In this document: positions 35,863 through 47,964 of the stretch, piece by piece
Numbering within the stretch: the stretch's first letter is position 1
Layout of the letters: each line of letters begins with the position of its first letter
Source: Camelus dromedarius
Lineage: Eukaryota
DNA: 64,000 nt
Direction: 5' to 3'
NCBI RefSeq assembly: GCF_036321535.1
Contig: NC_087442.1
Span: 73,594,001 to 73,658,000, forward strand
The notes under the pieces: generated by a model
Seen by the model: the letters and a program-made list of their open reading frames with translations, nothing else
Databases searched by the model: none
What the model was told of the DNA's origin: nothing
Made by a program: the position numbers and the translations under genes

Positions 35863-37004
35863 AGAAGAGGCAGGAGAAGGAGAAAAAGTTTGTCTGAATC
35901 AGATATTTCTCTGGGACTCTGGAATAACCAGAACCAGTAAAAAAAATAATGCCAAAGCATCCCCAAGAGCCCCAGTCTTTTGAGAAATCATAGTGGCAGA
36001 GAAAGGATGCCCATTCTAACTGAGTCCTGAGCCATGGTCCAGGTCCCAGTCATTCCACCGGCATCCTCCATGATAGACATAATTGAAGAGTGACTTCCAT
36101 CCAAACAACACATGGTGTGTGACATTTTCCAGAATCAGACCTAAGCTGCATCACTAAAAATGTTATTTTGGTTTTGTGTGTGTGTTTTGTTTTCTCTTTG
36201 TTTGTTTTTGCTTTTCTGTCTCTATATCTTTAGCACTTTGAAGCCGTTCTCAAGCATTTAAGAAGTGTTGGTCAAGTCTAGGTAGTTGAGGGTATTTGAC
36301 TCAGGAATGTTTTACTCAGAGAATTATCTATTTTTAAAGTGCATTTAGTGGAGAAATCACTTTATATCAGACAACTAATAAAAGCCAGAAAAGTATTTAA
36401 CACTGAAAGATCAACTCTGTTTTTCATTTTTGATATTTGCCATTTTGATGGGGAATGATGTCTCAGAATGAAATCCCTAGCCGTTTACACTCCCATTTCA
36501 GAATTATCCTGATAAACTGATGTCTGTTGAGTTATTCATTTGACAATCTGTGAAAACATGTCTTTTCTTCCCTCATATACTTCTCAGCATAGTCAGACAA
36601 AACATCAGTTTGCAAGTTCAAATTCTCAAATATTATGGGTTTTGAGGATAAAAATATCAATCCATGATAGAGCAGTTCTCCAAAAATAAAATTGTTTTTC
36701 ATATATAATTGAATTTTTAAAACAATTATCTCAAACAAACATGTTTTGCTGCACTTTAAGGAGGAAATACTACTTTTCTGAATATATTTTATAATGAATA
36801 ATTTGTTTTCAGGGCATTTGGAATATCATAAAGTTAACTTCTAACCAGTGGACTTCTGTAACTTTGATTAAATTCATTGGGGAGAAAGGACAAAAGATCT
36901 ACAGAAATATCAGTTTATTTAAGATCAGAGGATGAGTCTATGGCAGCTTCCTGTTTGAAAGCCAGGATCGCAAATCACCTCCATCCTATTTTAGCAACAA
37001 TAAT

Positions 37005-37220
37005 ATTAATAATCATTGACATTTATTGAGCACTCACCACATGTCAGGCACTGTGCCAAGCCCTTTTCCTGCATCATTTCATTTCATCCTCACAACAACT
37101 TTACAAATGAGAAACTCTGACTCAAAACAGTTAAGTCACTTGCCCAGTATCACAGATCTGCTTAGTAATAGAGCCAGGATATAGACCCAGATCCCTGATC
37201 CCAAAACCTGTGCCCTTGAC
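37005..37220 (-). mobile_element. MIR SINE
   Basis: catttattgagcactcaccacatgtcaggcactgtgcc...ttacaaatgagaaactctgactc. Confidence 0.85.
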
Positions 37221-37766
37221 CTTTACTTGTGTATACATAGAGCCTTTGCGATTACACCTTGCTATGCAGAGAGAAAACAAATGGGCAAAATGCTTTTCTC
37301 TTTAATAAAGAAGGAAAAAGACAATTGACTCAGACAAGTGATACCAAAAAACCCAAATCCTGGGCTATGTTTTTCATCCAACACTTATGAGCACCACTTC
37401 TCAATAGTTTGAAAATTCTATTAACCAAATTGCACTGAAGATGGAAATGAAGATATAAATTTTTATAAACTTTTATAAGGTATAAATTCTTACAAACTTT
37501 TCTTTCTGAGCCTTTCTTTCTGAATATGAAGTTGTTTCTGAACATCAAGAATAACCAAATAGCACTTTTTTCAGCGTTTGATTATTATATTTGTTTGCAG
37601 ATCTGTTGTATCCTGGAGTCACCTACAGGGAATTTAAGTATTATTCTAATGGATTCTCACTGCCTACTGAGAAACAGAGCACCTCTTTCACTAGTCTTAT
37701 AGATAGTTTCATTTCCCTATGTCAACGCTAATTGAACTTACCTCATGTTGTCAATCTTTTTCTTTG

Positions 37767-37922
37767 NNNNNNNNNNNNNNNNNNNNNNNNNNNNNNNNNN
37801 NNNNNNNNNNNNNNNNNNNNNNNNNNNNNNNNNNNNNNNNNNNNNNNNNNNNNNNNNNNNNNNNNNNNNNNNNNNNNNNNNNNNNNNNNNNNNNNNNNNN
37901 NNNNNNNNNNNNNNNNNNNNNN
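37767..37922. other. N-run (156 nt) covering the MAGI2 splice acceptor and PDZ-coding 5' part of the exon
   Basis: Directly visible. Confidence 0.98.
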
Positions 37923-38417
37923 ATCCTGCCAACAGCATGGTGCCACCCCTTGCAATAATGGAGAGGCCACCTCCAGTGATGGTCAATGGAAGACATAACT
38001 ATGAAACATATTTGGAATACATTTCTCGGACCTCACAGTCGGTTCCAGATATAACAGATCGGCCGCCTCATTCTTTGCACTCAATGCCAGCTGATGGTCA
38101 GCTAGATGGCACGTATCCACCACCTGTCCATGACGACAATGTATCTATGGCTTCATCTGGGGCCACCCAAGCTGAACTTATGACCTTAACCATTGTGAAA
38201 GGTGCCCAGGGCTTTGGCTTCACCATTGCCGATAGTCCNNNNNNNNNNNNNNNNNNNNNNNNNNNNNNNNNNNNNNNNNNNNNNNNNNNNNNNNNNNNNN
38301 NNNNNNNNNNNNNNNNNNNNNNNNNNNNNNNNNNNNNNNNNNNNNNNNNNNNNNNNNNNNNNNNNNNNNNNNNNNNNNNNNNNNNNNNNNNNNNNNNNNN
38401 NNNNNNNNNNNNNNNNN
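37779..38417 (+). CDS. MAGI2: Internal coding exon of MAGI2 (S-SCAM): C-terminal half of one PDZ domain, linker and following PDZ domain; probably equivalent to human exon 10
   Basis: Visible 37923-38238 translates as (D)PANSMVPPLAIMERPPPVMVNGRHNYETYLEYISRTSQSVPDITDRPPHSLHSMPADGQLDGTYPPPVHDDNVSMASSGATQAELMTLTIVKGAQGFGFTIADS(P). I recognise this as MAGI2; MAGI1 has a different linker and ITVHIVKGPMGFGF. Both ends lie in N-runs and are inferred from the recalled peptide: 144 nt before 37923 (GDVIVYINEVC...PFDPED) and 179 nt after 38238 (TGQRVKQ...LIIHRG). A pyrimidine tract (tcaatctttttctttg) precedes the first N-run. Confidence 0.93.
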
Positions 38418-38434
38418 NNNNNNNNNNNNNNNNN
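38239..38434. other. N-run (196 nt) covering the PDZ-coding 3' part of the exon and the splice donor
   Basis: Directly visible. Confidence 0.98.
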
Positions 38435-38580
38435 TCAGCAATCATTATGCAGGTAAAGTAGTAGGATCTTTACAGTAATATTGAAAAATTGGAAGTTTCT
38501 CTGGAGTTGAATGAAATCATACTTAAAAAAAAAAAGGTAAAAGAGTAAGAAAAACATGAGTCCAGGAAGCTCTGCTTTTT

Positions 38581-38720
38581 CATCTTTTTTTTTTTTAAAG
38601 GGGAGGAGATAATTAGGTTTATTTATTGACTTATTTTTTAAGTGGAGGTACTGGGGACTGAACGCAGGACCTTGTGCATGTTAGGAAGGCACTCTACCAC
38701 TGAGCTATCCCCTCCCCCCT
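38581..38720 (-). mobile_element. Camelid tRNA-derived SINE (Vic-1 type) with perfect 16-bp TSD
   Basis: The reverse strand reads GGGGAGGGGATAGCTCAGTGGTAGAGTGCC...AGTACCTCCAC plus tail. The TSD GGAAGCTCTGCTTTTT is at 38565-38580 and 38721-38736. Confidence 0.93.
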
Positions 38721-40425
38721 GGAAGCTCTGCTTTTTAATTTTGAGAATGCGTCTTTTCCTTTTCTATTAAACATGATAAAAATAGTGCTTTCAGTCTTAC
38801 AAATATATACTGCTGTGATCTGAGAGGGTAAAGATTGAATCCCCAAGTATAAGTGGGCTATATTCCAAAAGTTCACTAATGTATCAATTGTGGAGGCCTC
38901 AAACTGGTTTCCATTGATTTAATTAAGAGACTTGATTTTTCCCACGGAAGGAATACTCCAATTGTTCTTAGGATTGCAGGCTAGAGGGTGGAAGCTGGTT
39001 CAAGTCCTTCCAAGTTCAAGTCCAGTCTTGGTAATCCCCATAAGGACCAAAGGAAGCTGTGTCACTGTAGAAAAACCTTTTCAGAGTTGTGAATAGGGTT
39101 CCTCAGGACACTTCTTCTGTTACTGTAGGGTCTGCTCTGGCAGCAAGTAGCGAGTAGTGCCTTCTGTGACCTGGGAAGAAAGTTACGGGACAGGATTAGT
39201 TGGGAAGTTCTGGGCTGAATGTTCCAGTGAAGTATGGAAATGGGAGCAGTGAGGACTTGCGGGCAGAGCTCTGAGCCCTGGAGTTTTCTTCAAGCAAGTG
39301 GGGCTCAGCAGAAGGCTCTGTCTTCATCCCTCCACTACTCTGCTCTTGATTATCAGTGAAGTAGGGGGAGAAAGGAGGGAATAGGCACAGATAGAGAGGA
39401 CACTTGAGAACAGAGTATGAAAGAAAGGGCTCGGGCTAAGTGGTGGTTTTCTACCAGCCAAATTTGGGACTTAGGACACTTAAAGTCCGCGAGCCTCACA
39501 CGTCACACGCATATTGGGATGAGAATACTGCCTGACCGGATGGCAGTGTTCTTAGTCTATTGAGCCACAATAGGTGCTCATTAAATGTCTACTGAATCTA
39601 AATTAGCACAAAAGCTCCAGTGGGGATGGGTCAGAAGGAGCAGTGCTGTGAGGAACTCATGCGTGAAGAGCACACTTGTGGCAAACATATGTGATTGTCT
39701 ATTCAAAGCCCTAAAAACAGCATGAAAGGCCTGTCAGTTTGAAATGCAAATGAAAGCAGCTGAAGCTGAAAGATGCACCTTTTATCATTTATTTGGCCCT
39801 CTCTGCAGGTATTTCCCCTTCAAGGAAGTATTTTGCATTATTTTATTGATTCCTTGTGTGGAAATGGACACCAAACACTAGGCAGGTGTGAGCAACACTA
39901 TACAAAGTGCTATGATCCTATAGTAAAAAAATAAATTACAGTGACAGCAGAAGTCTTAAATGTGACCTTAAAGCCTTATTACAAAATAGCAATTGAATCT
40001 TGATAATTAAATATTGACAGTGAATTTTAATTTCTCCCATTGCTTAAGATTAAAACAAATATTCTTAATTAAATAGTCATACCTTCATAATATGCAATCA
40101 AAAATCAAATTTTTCTAACAGGTTCTTGATATTAAAAGGCATAACTGAAAATCACTGTGCAGTTTCCACTGTATGATTCATAGAAACAAGTTTGGACACG
40201 TTTTATATATAATACCTTTTTTAAAGGCATAATATAGCAAAAAAAATTGAAATCATTTATTCATATATATAGTCACATATATAAAATATGTATTTATGTT
40301 ATTGGCGTTTGTACCTTTTCTGAAAATATTTCTGTGTGCCTGTTGTCAGCATGACTACCCTACTCTTGCTGGTTCTTTCCCTCTACACTCTGCCACCCCT
40401 GTTTAATCCTCAAGTATTCAGAGTT

Positions 40426-40524
40426 GTTGTTTTTTTTAATTGAAGTATAGTTGATTTACAACATTGTGGTAGTTTCAGACGTACAGCATAGTGGTTCAGT
40501 ATTTTTACAGACAGATACAGAAAT
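40426..40524 (-). mobile_element. Short camelid-type L1 3' end with degenerate 15-bp TSD
   Basis: tttaattgaagtatagttgatttacaacattgtggtagtttcagacgtacagc. TSD CAAGTATTCAGAGTT (40411-40425) / CAAGTACTCAAAGTT (40525-40539). Confidence 0.85.
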
Positions 40525-41104
40525 CAAGTACTCAAAGTTTTGTTTGCATTTTGTTTGTGGGGATGAGGAATTTGTTTGTATTTTGTGGCTAGTGGAGAAT
40601 TGCAGAATATAGTACCCTCTGATGCTGGAAGTACTTCTAGTCAGAAACCTCTTGTGTTTCCCTAGCGTCCCACAATTTGCACTTGTCTCTCTGAAATTAA
40701 TAGGAATTAACATCATGTTTTTGTGATGAAATTCCCTTTGACTGTCTTACTAGAGGCTACTAAGAGCTGATGGCCTCATTCAGATAAGCATAGATCTTCA
40801 AGTGCAGATTCATACTTCTGGGTCTTTGTATCAGGATGGTGGTTGTTTGTTTTTAATTATTTGCTAGGACTTTTTGTATTTATAAAGTAATAACGTACAT
40901 GGTTTGATTTTTTCAAATAGTTTCAGAAGGCATATAATTAAAGTAATTCTGTCTCCTGTCCCAGGCTTTCAGGCATTTTCCCAGAGGCAAACATATTTTT
41001 GTGAACACGTACTTCCAGAAATTTAGTAGCCTTAACTAGTTTAGCATAAATGGAATGATATTATACATACACGTCTTGCTCTGAATAGCTTGGTTAATAG
41101 GGTG

Positions 41105-44100
41105 TATTTTATTTTTTAACACACATCATTGTACTATAATTTACATACCATAAAATTCACTACTTATAAGTATAGACTTCAGTAAGTTTTGCTAAAATGA
41201 TGTAGTTGTGCAACAATCACCATAATCCTTAGAACATCCATCATCTCAAACTCCCTCAGCCCCCAGATGATCACTAATATACTTTCTGGATAGTTTTGCC
41301 TTTCTAGAAATTTTTTTGTAAGTGGAATTATACAGTATGTAGTCTTTTACTTAACATAATGCTGTTGAGATATACCCACGTTGGTGCGTGTCTGAGTAGC
41401 TTGTTTCTTCTTATTGCTGAGTAATATTCTGCCATTTTAAAAATCCATTCACCAGTGGATGGACATCTGAGTTGTTTTCAGGTGTTGGCATTTATGAATA
41501 ATGTTGCTGTGAATATTTGGATGTAACTGTATGTGCAGGCATTTTCATTTTTCTTGAGTAGATACTAGAAGTAGAGTGGCACGGCTGGCTTATGTGACAA
41601 GTATGTATTTAAATTGCTCAAAAATTGTCAGAATGGTTTCCAAAATGGTTGTACCACTTTACATTCCCACTAGCAATGTATGAGGTTTCCAGTTTCTGCT
41701 CATTGTTGCTCGTATTTGGTATAGTCAGGTTTTTTTGATCATGGCCATTTTAGTGCCTGTATTATGATGCCTTTTTGTGATTTTTAACTTATATTTCTCT
41801 AATCATTTCCTGTGTTTACCACGTTCTCATGTGTTTGTTAGCATTAATTATCTTCTTTGGTGATGTGCCTGCTCAATATTTTGCTCATTTGTATATTTAT
41901 CAAGCTGTTTATCTGCTTATTAAGTAGTAAAAGTCCTTTATAGATTTTGATTACAANNNNNNNNNNNNNNNNNNNNNNNNNNNNNNNNNNNNNNNNNNNN
42001 NNNNNNNNNNNNNNNNNNNNNNNNNNNNNNNNNNNNNNNNNNNNNNNNNNNNNNNNNNNNNNNNNNNNNNNNNNNNNNNNNNNNNNNNNNNNGGATCATT
42101 TTTTTGTGTTAGATCTGAGAAATCTTTGCCTAATCCAAGGTCGCAGAGTTTTTCCTGCATTCTTCTAGAAGTTGTATAGTTTTAGCTCTTACATTTAGAC
42201 TTATAAACCATTTCAAGATCACTTTTGAGCATAGTATAAGGTAAGGATCTAAGTGCATTTTGTTGTATCTGGATACCCAATTGTTGTAGCACTATTTATC
42301 AAAAAAAAAAAAATCCTTTCCTTTTGAATAGCCTTGGCACTTTTGTCAAAAATAAATTTGCATAAATGTGAGGATTTATTTCTATCCTCTATTCTGTTCC
42401 ATTGACCTATATGTCTATCTTGATGGTTATACCACACTTTCTAGATTAGCTTTATATTAAATCTTAAAATCAGGTAGTGAGTCCTCCAACTTTTTTCAAC
42501 TTTTTCAAAAGTATTTTAGTTATTCTAGATCCTTTGCATTTTCCATATAAATTTTATGATTGGCTTTTTAATTATTTAAAAAATAAGCCTGCTAAGATTT
42601 TGTTGCTGGGTTAAATCTATAGAACAGTTTTTGGTGAATTGCCATACTTGAATTTCTCAATTCATAAATATGTCTCTTGCTTCATTTATTTGAATCTCCT
42701 TTAATTTCTCTTAGCACTGGTTTGTAGTTCTCAATGTACAGATCTTGTACTTTTTTGTTAAACTTATTTCTAGCTATTTTAGTCTTCTTGATATTATTGT
42801 GAATGGAATTGTTTTCTCAGTGTTATTTTCAGAATATTTGTTGCTAATATATAGAAACCCATTTGACTTTTGGTTTTGATCTTGTGCACTGTAACCCTAT
42901 TATACTCAGTTCTGGAGGCTTGTTTTTTTTAATTCCAGAAGATTTTCTATATAGATTATTATGTCATCTGGTAGTAAAGTTTTATTTTTTTCTTTCCAAC
43001 TTGTATGCCTTTGATTCTTTTTCTGTGCCTTATTACACTAGCTAGAAACTCCAGTATGATGTTGAATAGAAATAATTAGAGAGGGGACATCTTTGCCTCA
43101 TTGCCGATTTTAGTGGGAAAGCATATTAGCCTTTAACCATTAAGTATGAATTTTTTTGGTGTAGGTTTTATATGCCCTTTATCAGATTGAGAAAGTGCCC
43201 TTCTATTTTTAAATTGTTGAGAATGTTAATAATCAGTGTCTTGGCTTTCATCAGATGTTTTTTTCTCCAGCTATTGAGATGATCATGTCATTTTTTTTCC
43301 TTCATTAATACAGTGTTTTATTTACTTGATTTTTAGAGGTTAAACAGATTGTGCACCCCTGGAATAAACCCCACTTGGTCCTGGTGTATAATTCTTTTTG
43401 TATGCTGCTAGATTCTGTTTGCTTGCATTTTGTTGATTTTTGAACCTGTTGGTAGGAGATTTAGAACTATAGAACAGTTAATTTTCTTTTCATGTGATGT
43501 CTTTGGCTTTTGTGTGGGGATAATATTGGCTTCTCCTTCTCCTTCTGTTTTCTGAAACAGTTTGTGTAAGGCTGATATTATTTCTTTCTTAAAAATTTGA
43601 AAGAATTCACCAGTGAAGCCATGTGGGCTGGGTTTTCAGTCAGAGAATGATTTTTAGTTACTAATTGAATTTATTTTCTTGATTTAGGTCTAGTCCAATG
43701 TTCTATATCTTCTTGCATCAGTTTTGGTAATTTATGTATTTCTAGGAAGTTTTACAACTCATCTAAGTTGTCAAATTTGTTAGTGTAAGGTTTTAAACAA
43801 AAATTTTAAAAATTCCTTTTTGAGAACCAACTTTTAGATTCATTGTTTTTCTATTTTCTATTTCAGTGTTTTCTACTCTGATCTCTCCTCCACATACTTT
43901 GTTTGATTCACTTTGCCTTTTCTGTCATCATGAGGTGAAAGCTTAATGATTATAGTTCTCTCTTTACTAAAAGCATTTGAGCTATAAATTTCACTGTAAG
44001 CACTTTGTTAGTTAAATTCCACACATTTTGATATTCTGTATATTCTTTTTATTCAGCTCAAGGTATTTTCTTCTTTCTCTTGTGATTTCTTCTTTGACCC

Positions 44101-44250
44101 ATGGGTTACTTAGAAATGTGTTGTTTATTTTTCAAACATTTGGGATTTCCCAGTTCTTTTCTGTTGATTTCTCATAATTTCTCCTTGAAGGAGAACACGT
44201 TTTGTATGATTTCAGTCCTTTTAAATGTGTTGAAACTTGTGTTATGGCCT
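41105..44250 (-). mobile_element. ~3.1-kb L1MB-type fragment (3' UTR plus decayed ORF2)
   Basis: tataatttacataccataaaattcac...ccattcaccagtggatggacat...ttctagaagttgtatagttttagctcttacatttag...ggaataaaccccacttggtc. Confidence 0.92.
41957..42092. other. N-run (136 nt) inside an old L1 ORF2 fragment
   Basis: Directly visible. The flanks are collinear L1 sequence. Confidence 0.98.
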
Positions 44251-44454
44251 TGCAGTTTGCTTTTTCTAACTTAATTTATCTTTTGAGGGCTTTATATATA
44301 AGTTTAGAAATATAACTCATTATTTTTCATAGCTTATTTAGTCAGATATCCATTAATGGATGTTTTTATTGCTTTCAGTTTTTTTCTATTATTGAAAAGT
44401 GGTGTATCTTCGCACGTCAATCTCCGCACAAGAGAGTAAATCTATATTGTAGAT

Positions 44455-44600
44455 TCATTCTTTCTTTCAGCAGATGTTTCTTGAGTGCCTACTATGTACT
44501 AGACTTTTTTTTTTTGACACTGGAGGTAAAGTAATAAACACAGCCAACTTTTCCCCATAGATTAGACATTCCACTGAAGGGAGACCAAAAATAAATGCCA
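44455..44600 (-). mobile_element. L2a 3' end
   Basis: ttcattctttctttcagcagatgtttcttgagtgcctactatgtac. Confidence 0.75.
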
Positions 44601-44609
44601 ACATAAGTA

Positions 44610-45720
44610 TGTCCTTTGTTTATTTGTCACATATTTCCTTATCTCTTTGGAGTTTTATTCTTGAATATTAATTTTATAATGAGTTACTTGACTGAGTTAC
44701 CTTATTGTTTCTTGTATATATTTCAGTTCATTTCATAGGATATGGGGGCACATAATCGTACCACCTACACATAACGATCATTTTGCCTTCTCCTTTACTA
44801 TTTGCGTACCTCTGATTTGCCTTATTTAATCCATTTGACTGCTATTTCTTGAACATTGTTGAATAATAGTGAGGATTATAGAAATTCCTATCTTTTTTCT
44901 GGCTTAAATGAATATTGTCTTATTTTACACAAACAATACTGGTTTTTATTTGAGATAACTATTTATTATGTTGGGAAGTTCCCTTCAATTCCCTATTTCA
45001 TTAAGAATCTTTATCAAAAATGGATAATAAATTTTGTCAAAAGCCAAAAAGACATCTATGAAGATAATCATTATTTTCTCCTTTGATTTATTGATTTATT
45101 GCATTAAGAGATTGATTAGTATTGAACTGTTCTTTCATTCCTGCAATAAGCTATATTATGCTTATAATGTGCTGCTAGATTCTATTTGTTTATGTATAAT
45201 TTTGCATCAACATTAGTAAGTGAGATTGGTCCCAAGTTTTCTTTTTTGGATTTTGCTTTGTTTTGTTCTTTACTATTCGATTTTACTGTCAAAGTTATGC
45301 TGGTGTCATAATAGCAGTTAATTGCTTTCCTTCTATCTCTGCTCTAAAACAATTTAAGTAACATAGAAGTTACCTATTCCTTGAGGATATAATACACCTT
45401 TGAAATTAAGTTCTGGCAGGTTGGGTTTTGGTTTGATTTGGTTTGGTGGCAGGGAGGATACCTTTTTACAGCTTTCTCAGTTTCTTCCATTAATTCCATA
45501 GTAATTAATCTTAGAGTTTCTGTCTTGGCTGGACTTGGTTTTTATAATTTATATTATCCTACAAAATTGTTTCCTTTATTCATGTTTTCAAGTGTATTTA
45601 AATAGAACTGAATCAAGTATTTTATATTTTTTTTGTCCATTTTCCCCTTGACCTAAGAATATTTCTATTATTCACATTTCTTATTGGTGTTATTTTCTTG
45701 ATTAGGTTGGCTAATAGTTT
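44610..45720 (-). mobile_element. Old L1ME ORF2 fragment
   Basis: aacattgttgaataatagtgagg...gggaagttcccttcaattccctattt...gtgctgctagattctatttg. Confidence 0.8.
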
Positions 45721-46334
45721 TTTTACTTTAATAGTTCGAGGAACATACTAGTTTATTTATAAATAATTTGCTGACTGAACTTCAGCCTAGTGTGGAATGA
45801 GGAATAATTACAATCATTTCTGCTCAAGGAGGCTGTTATTTGATGCCTGGAATAAAGCAACCCCAGAGTGATTACTATAATCAATCCTTGTCATGTATTG
45901 TACTCTTACTTATATTAAAAGGCAACAGAGTTCTCTATTTAATTTGTGAACCTCTCATAAATTATAGTTGATCAGTATTTGAAAATTTTTCTTCCTATTT
46001 CTAAAAAATGAGATGCCAAGAATCTTCACTAGATCAGAATATTCCCTTCTTTTGCTGACGGTATAATAAGAAATAGCATTGGTAACGCACGTCTTCTCTC
46101 TTTTATATTCAGATAGAATTCAGAGTATTTGAGAGGCAGCACAGACTATCCCAGAGCTGTGTTTGAGGACAAAGCATAAAAATTATGGACACAGAGAATT
46201 TTGTCTGTGTAGAGAACTCCTGCTTTAAAATTTCAAAAAGCACATTATCAAAAACACTGCATAGCAAGTTTAAACAGCCTAGAGCATATACTAAAAGCAA
46301 AGCAATAAGAAGTATTGACATTTTTAATGGTGCT

Positions 46335-46545
46335 AACTTTTTTCTAAAAAAATTTTCTTCATTTAAAAATAGTTTCAAATTCACATAAACATTTGAGTAT
46401 AGAACACAGAACATTGTAGACCACTTACCCACATTGCTGTAGCATTTTGCCACATTTGCTTAGTGTGTTTGTGCATCAGTGTGAGTGTGTTTCTGAACCA
46501 TTTAAGACAAAGTTGCAAACATTGTGCCCCAGATATTTTAGTGTT
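46335..46545 (-). mobile_element. L1MC-type 3' end
   Basis: ttttgccacatttgctt...tctgaaccatttaagacaaagttgcaaacat. Confidence 0.7.
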
Positions 46546-46934
46546 TCTTTCATGTCACTACTTGTTTGGAGAAGTATGTAAGCAGCTAGTTAGTTAAAGT
46601 TATACAAGATACTTTTAAAGAAGCACTTAGAATTTTAAAACTACACCACAGTTACCACCGCAACAGCAAAAGACTTAAGAAGTCTTCAGAAGAGGTTTTA
46701 ACTAAGAAGACTCACCAGTGATAAGGATCTGTTACAGGACTATTTCTCAGAGAGAAAAGCACTGGTTATTTGAAGAGAGCGCTATCCAGAGAGATTAGGT
46801 GAAAATCAAAGCGGATATTCCACAATCAATATTATGTAATCCAACTTTCCACTTGATCTCAGCAGAAAAGAGTATCTACGACACTCAGCAAACGAAGTCA
46901 CAGATCCGCACCGGGAGGTGTGAATGACCTCGGC

Positions 46935-47350
46935 ACACTGACTGCTGTATTAACAAACACGCCCGAGGTCCCAGAGGCTTAGCACAGTAAAAGTCTATTT
47001 CTCACTTATTCGATTTCTAATGCATGTGTTCCTGGATGGCAGATGCCCTGGGCAACTCTCCTCCGCACAGTGGCTCATGGAACCAGGCTTCTCTGGGATA
47101 GCTCTCCATGCCCTAAGGTCTTGATGTCCCCCACTGGGTCCTGTCTAACCAGCTGGCAGATGAAATGTAAACAAAAGAGTAGAGGATCCTGAAGGAGGCT
47201 TCAGGGGCCAGCCCAAGGAGAGGGGTCTGTATCACTTCCTCCCACACTTCGTTGCCCAGAACTCAGTTCTAGACCCCATCCATCAGAGGCTGGGGAATGT
47301 TGTATTGCTATGTGCCCAGGGATAAGGGAGTGGTTTGGGGTCACACATAT
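46935..47350 (-). mobile_element. MLT1J/K-like MaLR solo LTR
   Basis: actgctgtattaacaaac...gcttagcacagtaaaagtctatttctcac...atcacttcctcccacacttcgttgcccagaactcagt. Confidence 0.8.
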
Positions 47351-47964
47351 AGTAGATACTCTGCCACTGATATTTCTTACATTCTTTCTGTCCCTCTATC
47401 TGCACATCAGGGACGTTGTAACTACTGATTACGTCAAAGTGTGAGATGAAATCTTTCTTGTAACATGGTATTGTAATAGGATTCATTTTAGGCCTTTGGG
47501 GTATGCTTAAACAACCAGTATGTGTTTTAAAATTCACAAGATCTCCTCACATTTCCCTTCTCAACCCAACTTTCATGGATAAAGAAACCTAGACTTAGGG
47601 TTAAGTAATTGGTCCAAGTTCAACGAATGTGTGTTAGGCTGAGGGGGGAACAGTTTACAGTCCCCAAATATAAGAAATATGAATAAATAGCAATGACAAG
47701 GTAGTTTATCATAAGTGGAAAACGTCATGGATGTCACAAGACACAAACTAAACAAGGATATTGTTGCACAGATGTCTCTTAGGGTGGGAGAGACAGGATG
47801 CTGGGAATACTTGTAGAGTCGTTGCCACACCACTTAGAAGCAGAAAAAAACAAAACTGCAATCTATGTCTTCTGACTGTAATATGAGTGAGTTTTATATT
47901 ATATCCGTTTCCCCAAATTTTGTGGAAAGTAAGCTTTGATGGCTTTTGCTTGGATATGCAGGAG

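Larger units (their letters stand above)
1..37778 (+). other. MAGI2: MAGI2 intron upstream of the exon (5' end outside the window)
   Basis: I found no sequence encoding the preceding MAGI2 peptide (...[20 protein letters not shown]...KMETG). The region is AT-rich and dense in TE fossils. Confidence 0.8.
40860..44455 (-). mobile_element. Old L1ME 3' UTR split (40860-41090 and ~44250-44455) by the L1MB below
   Basis: Degenerate L1ME motifs on both sides of the younger element. Confidence 0.55.
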
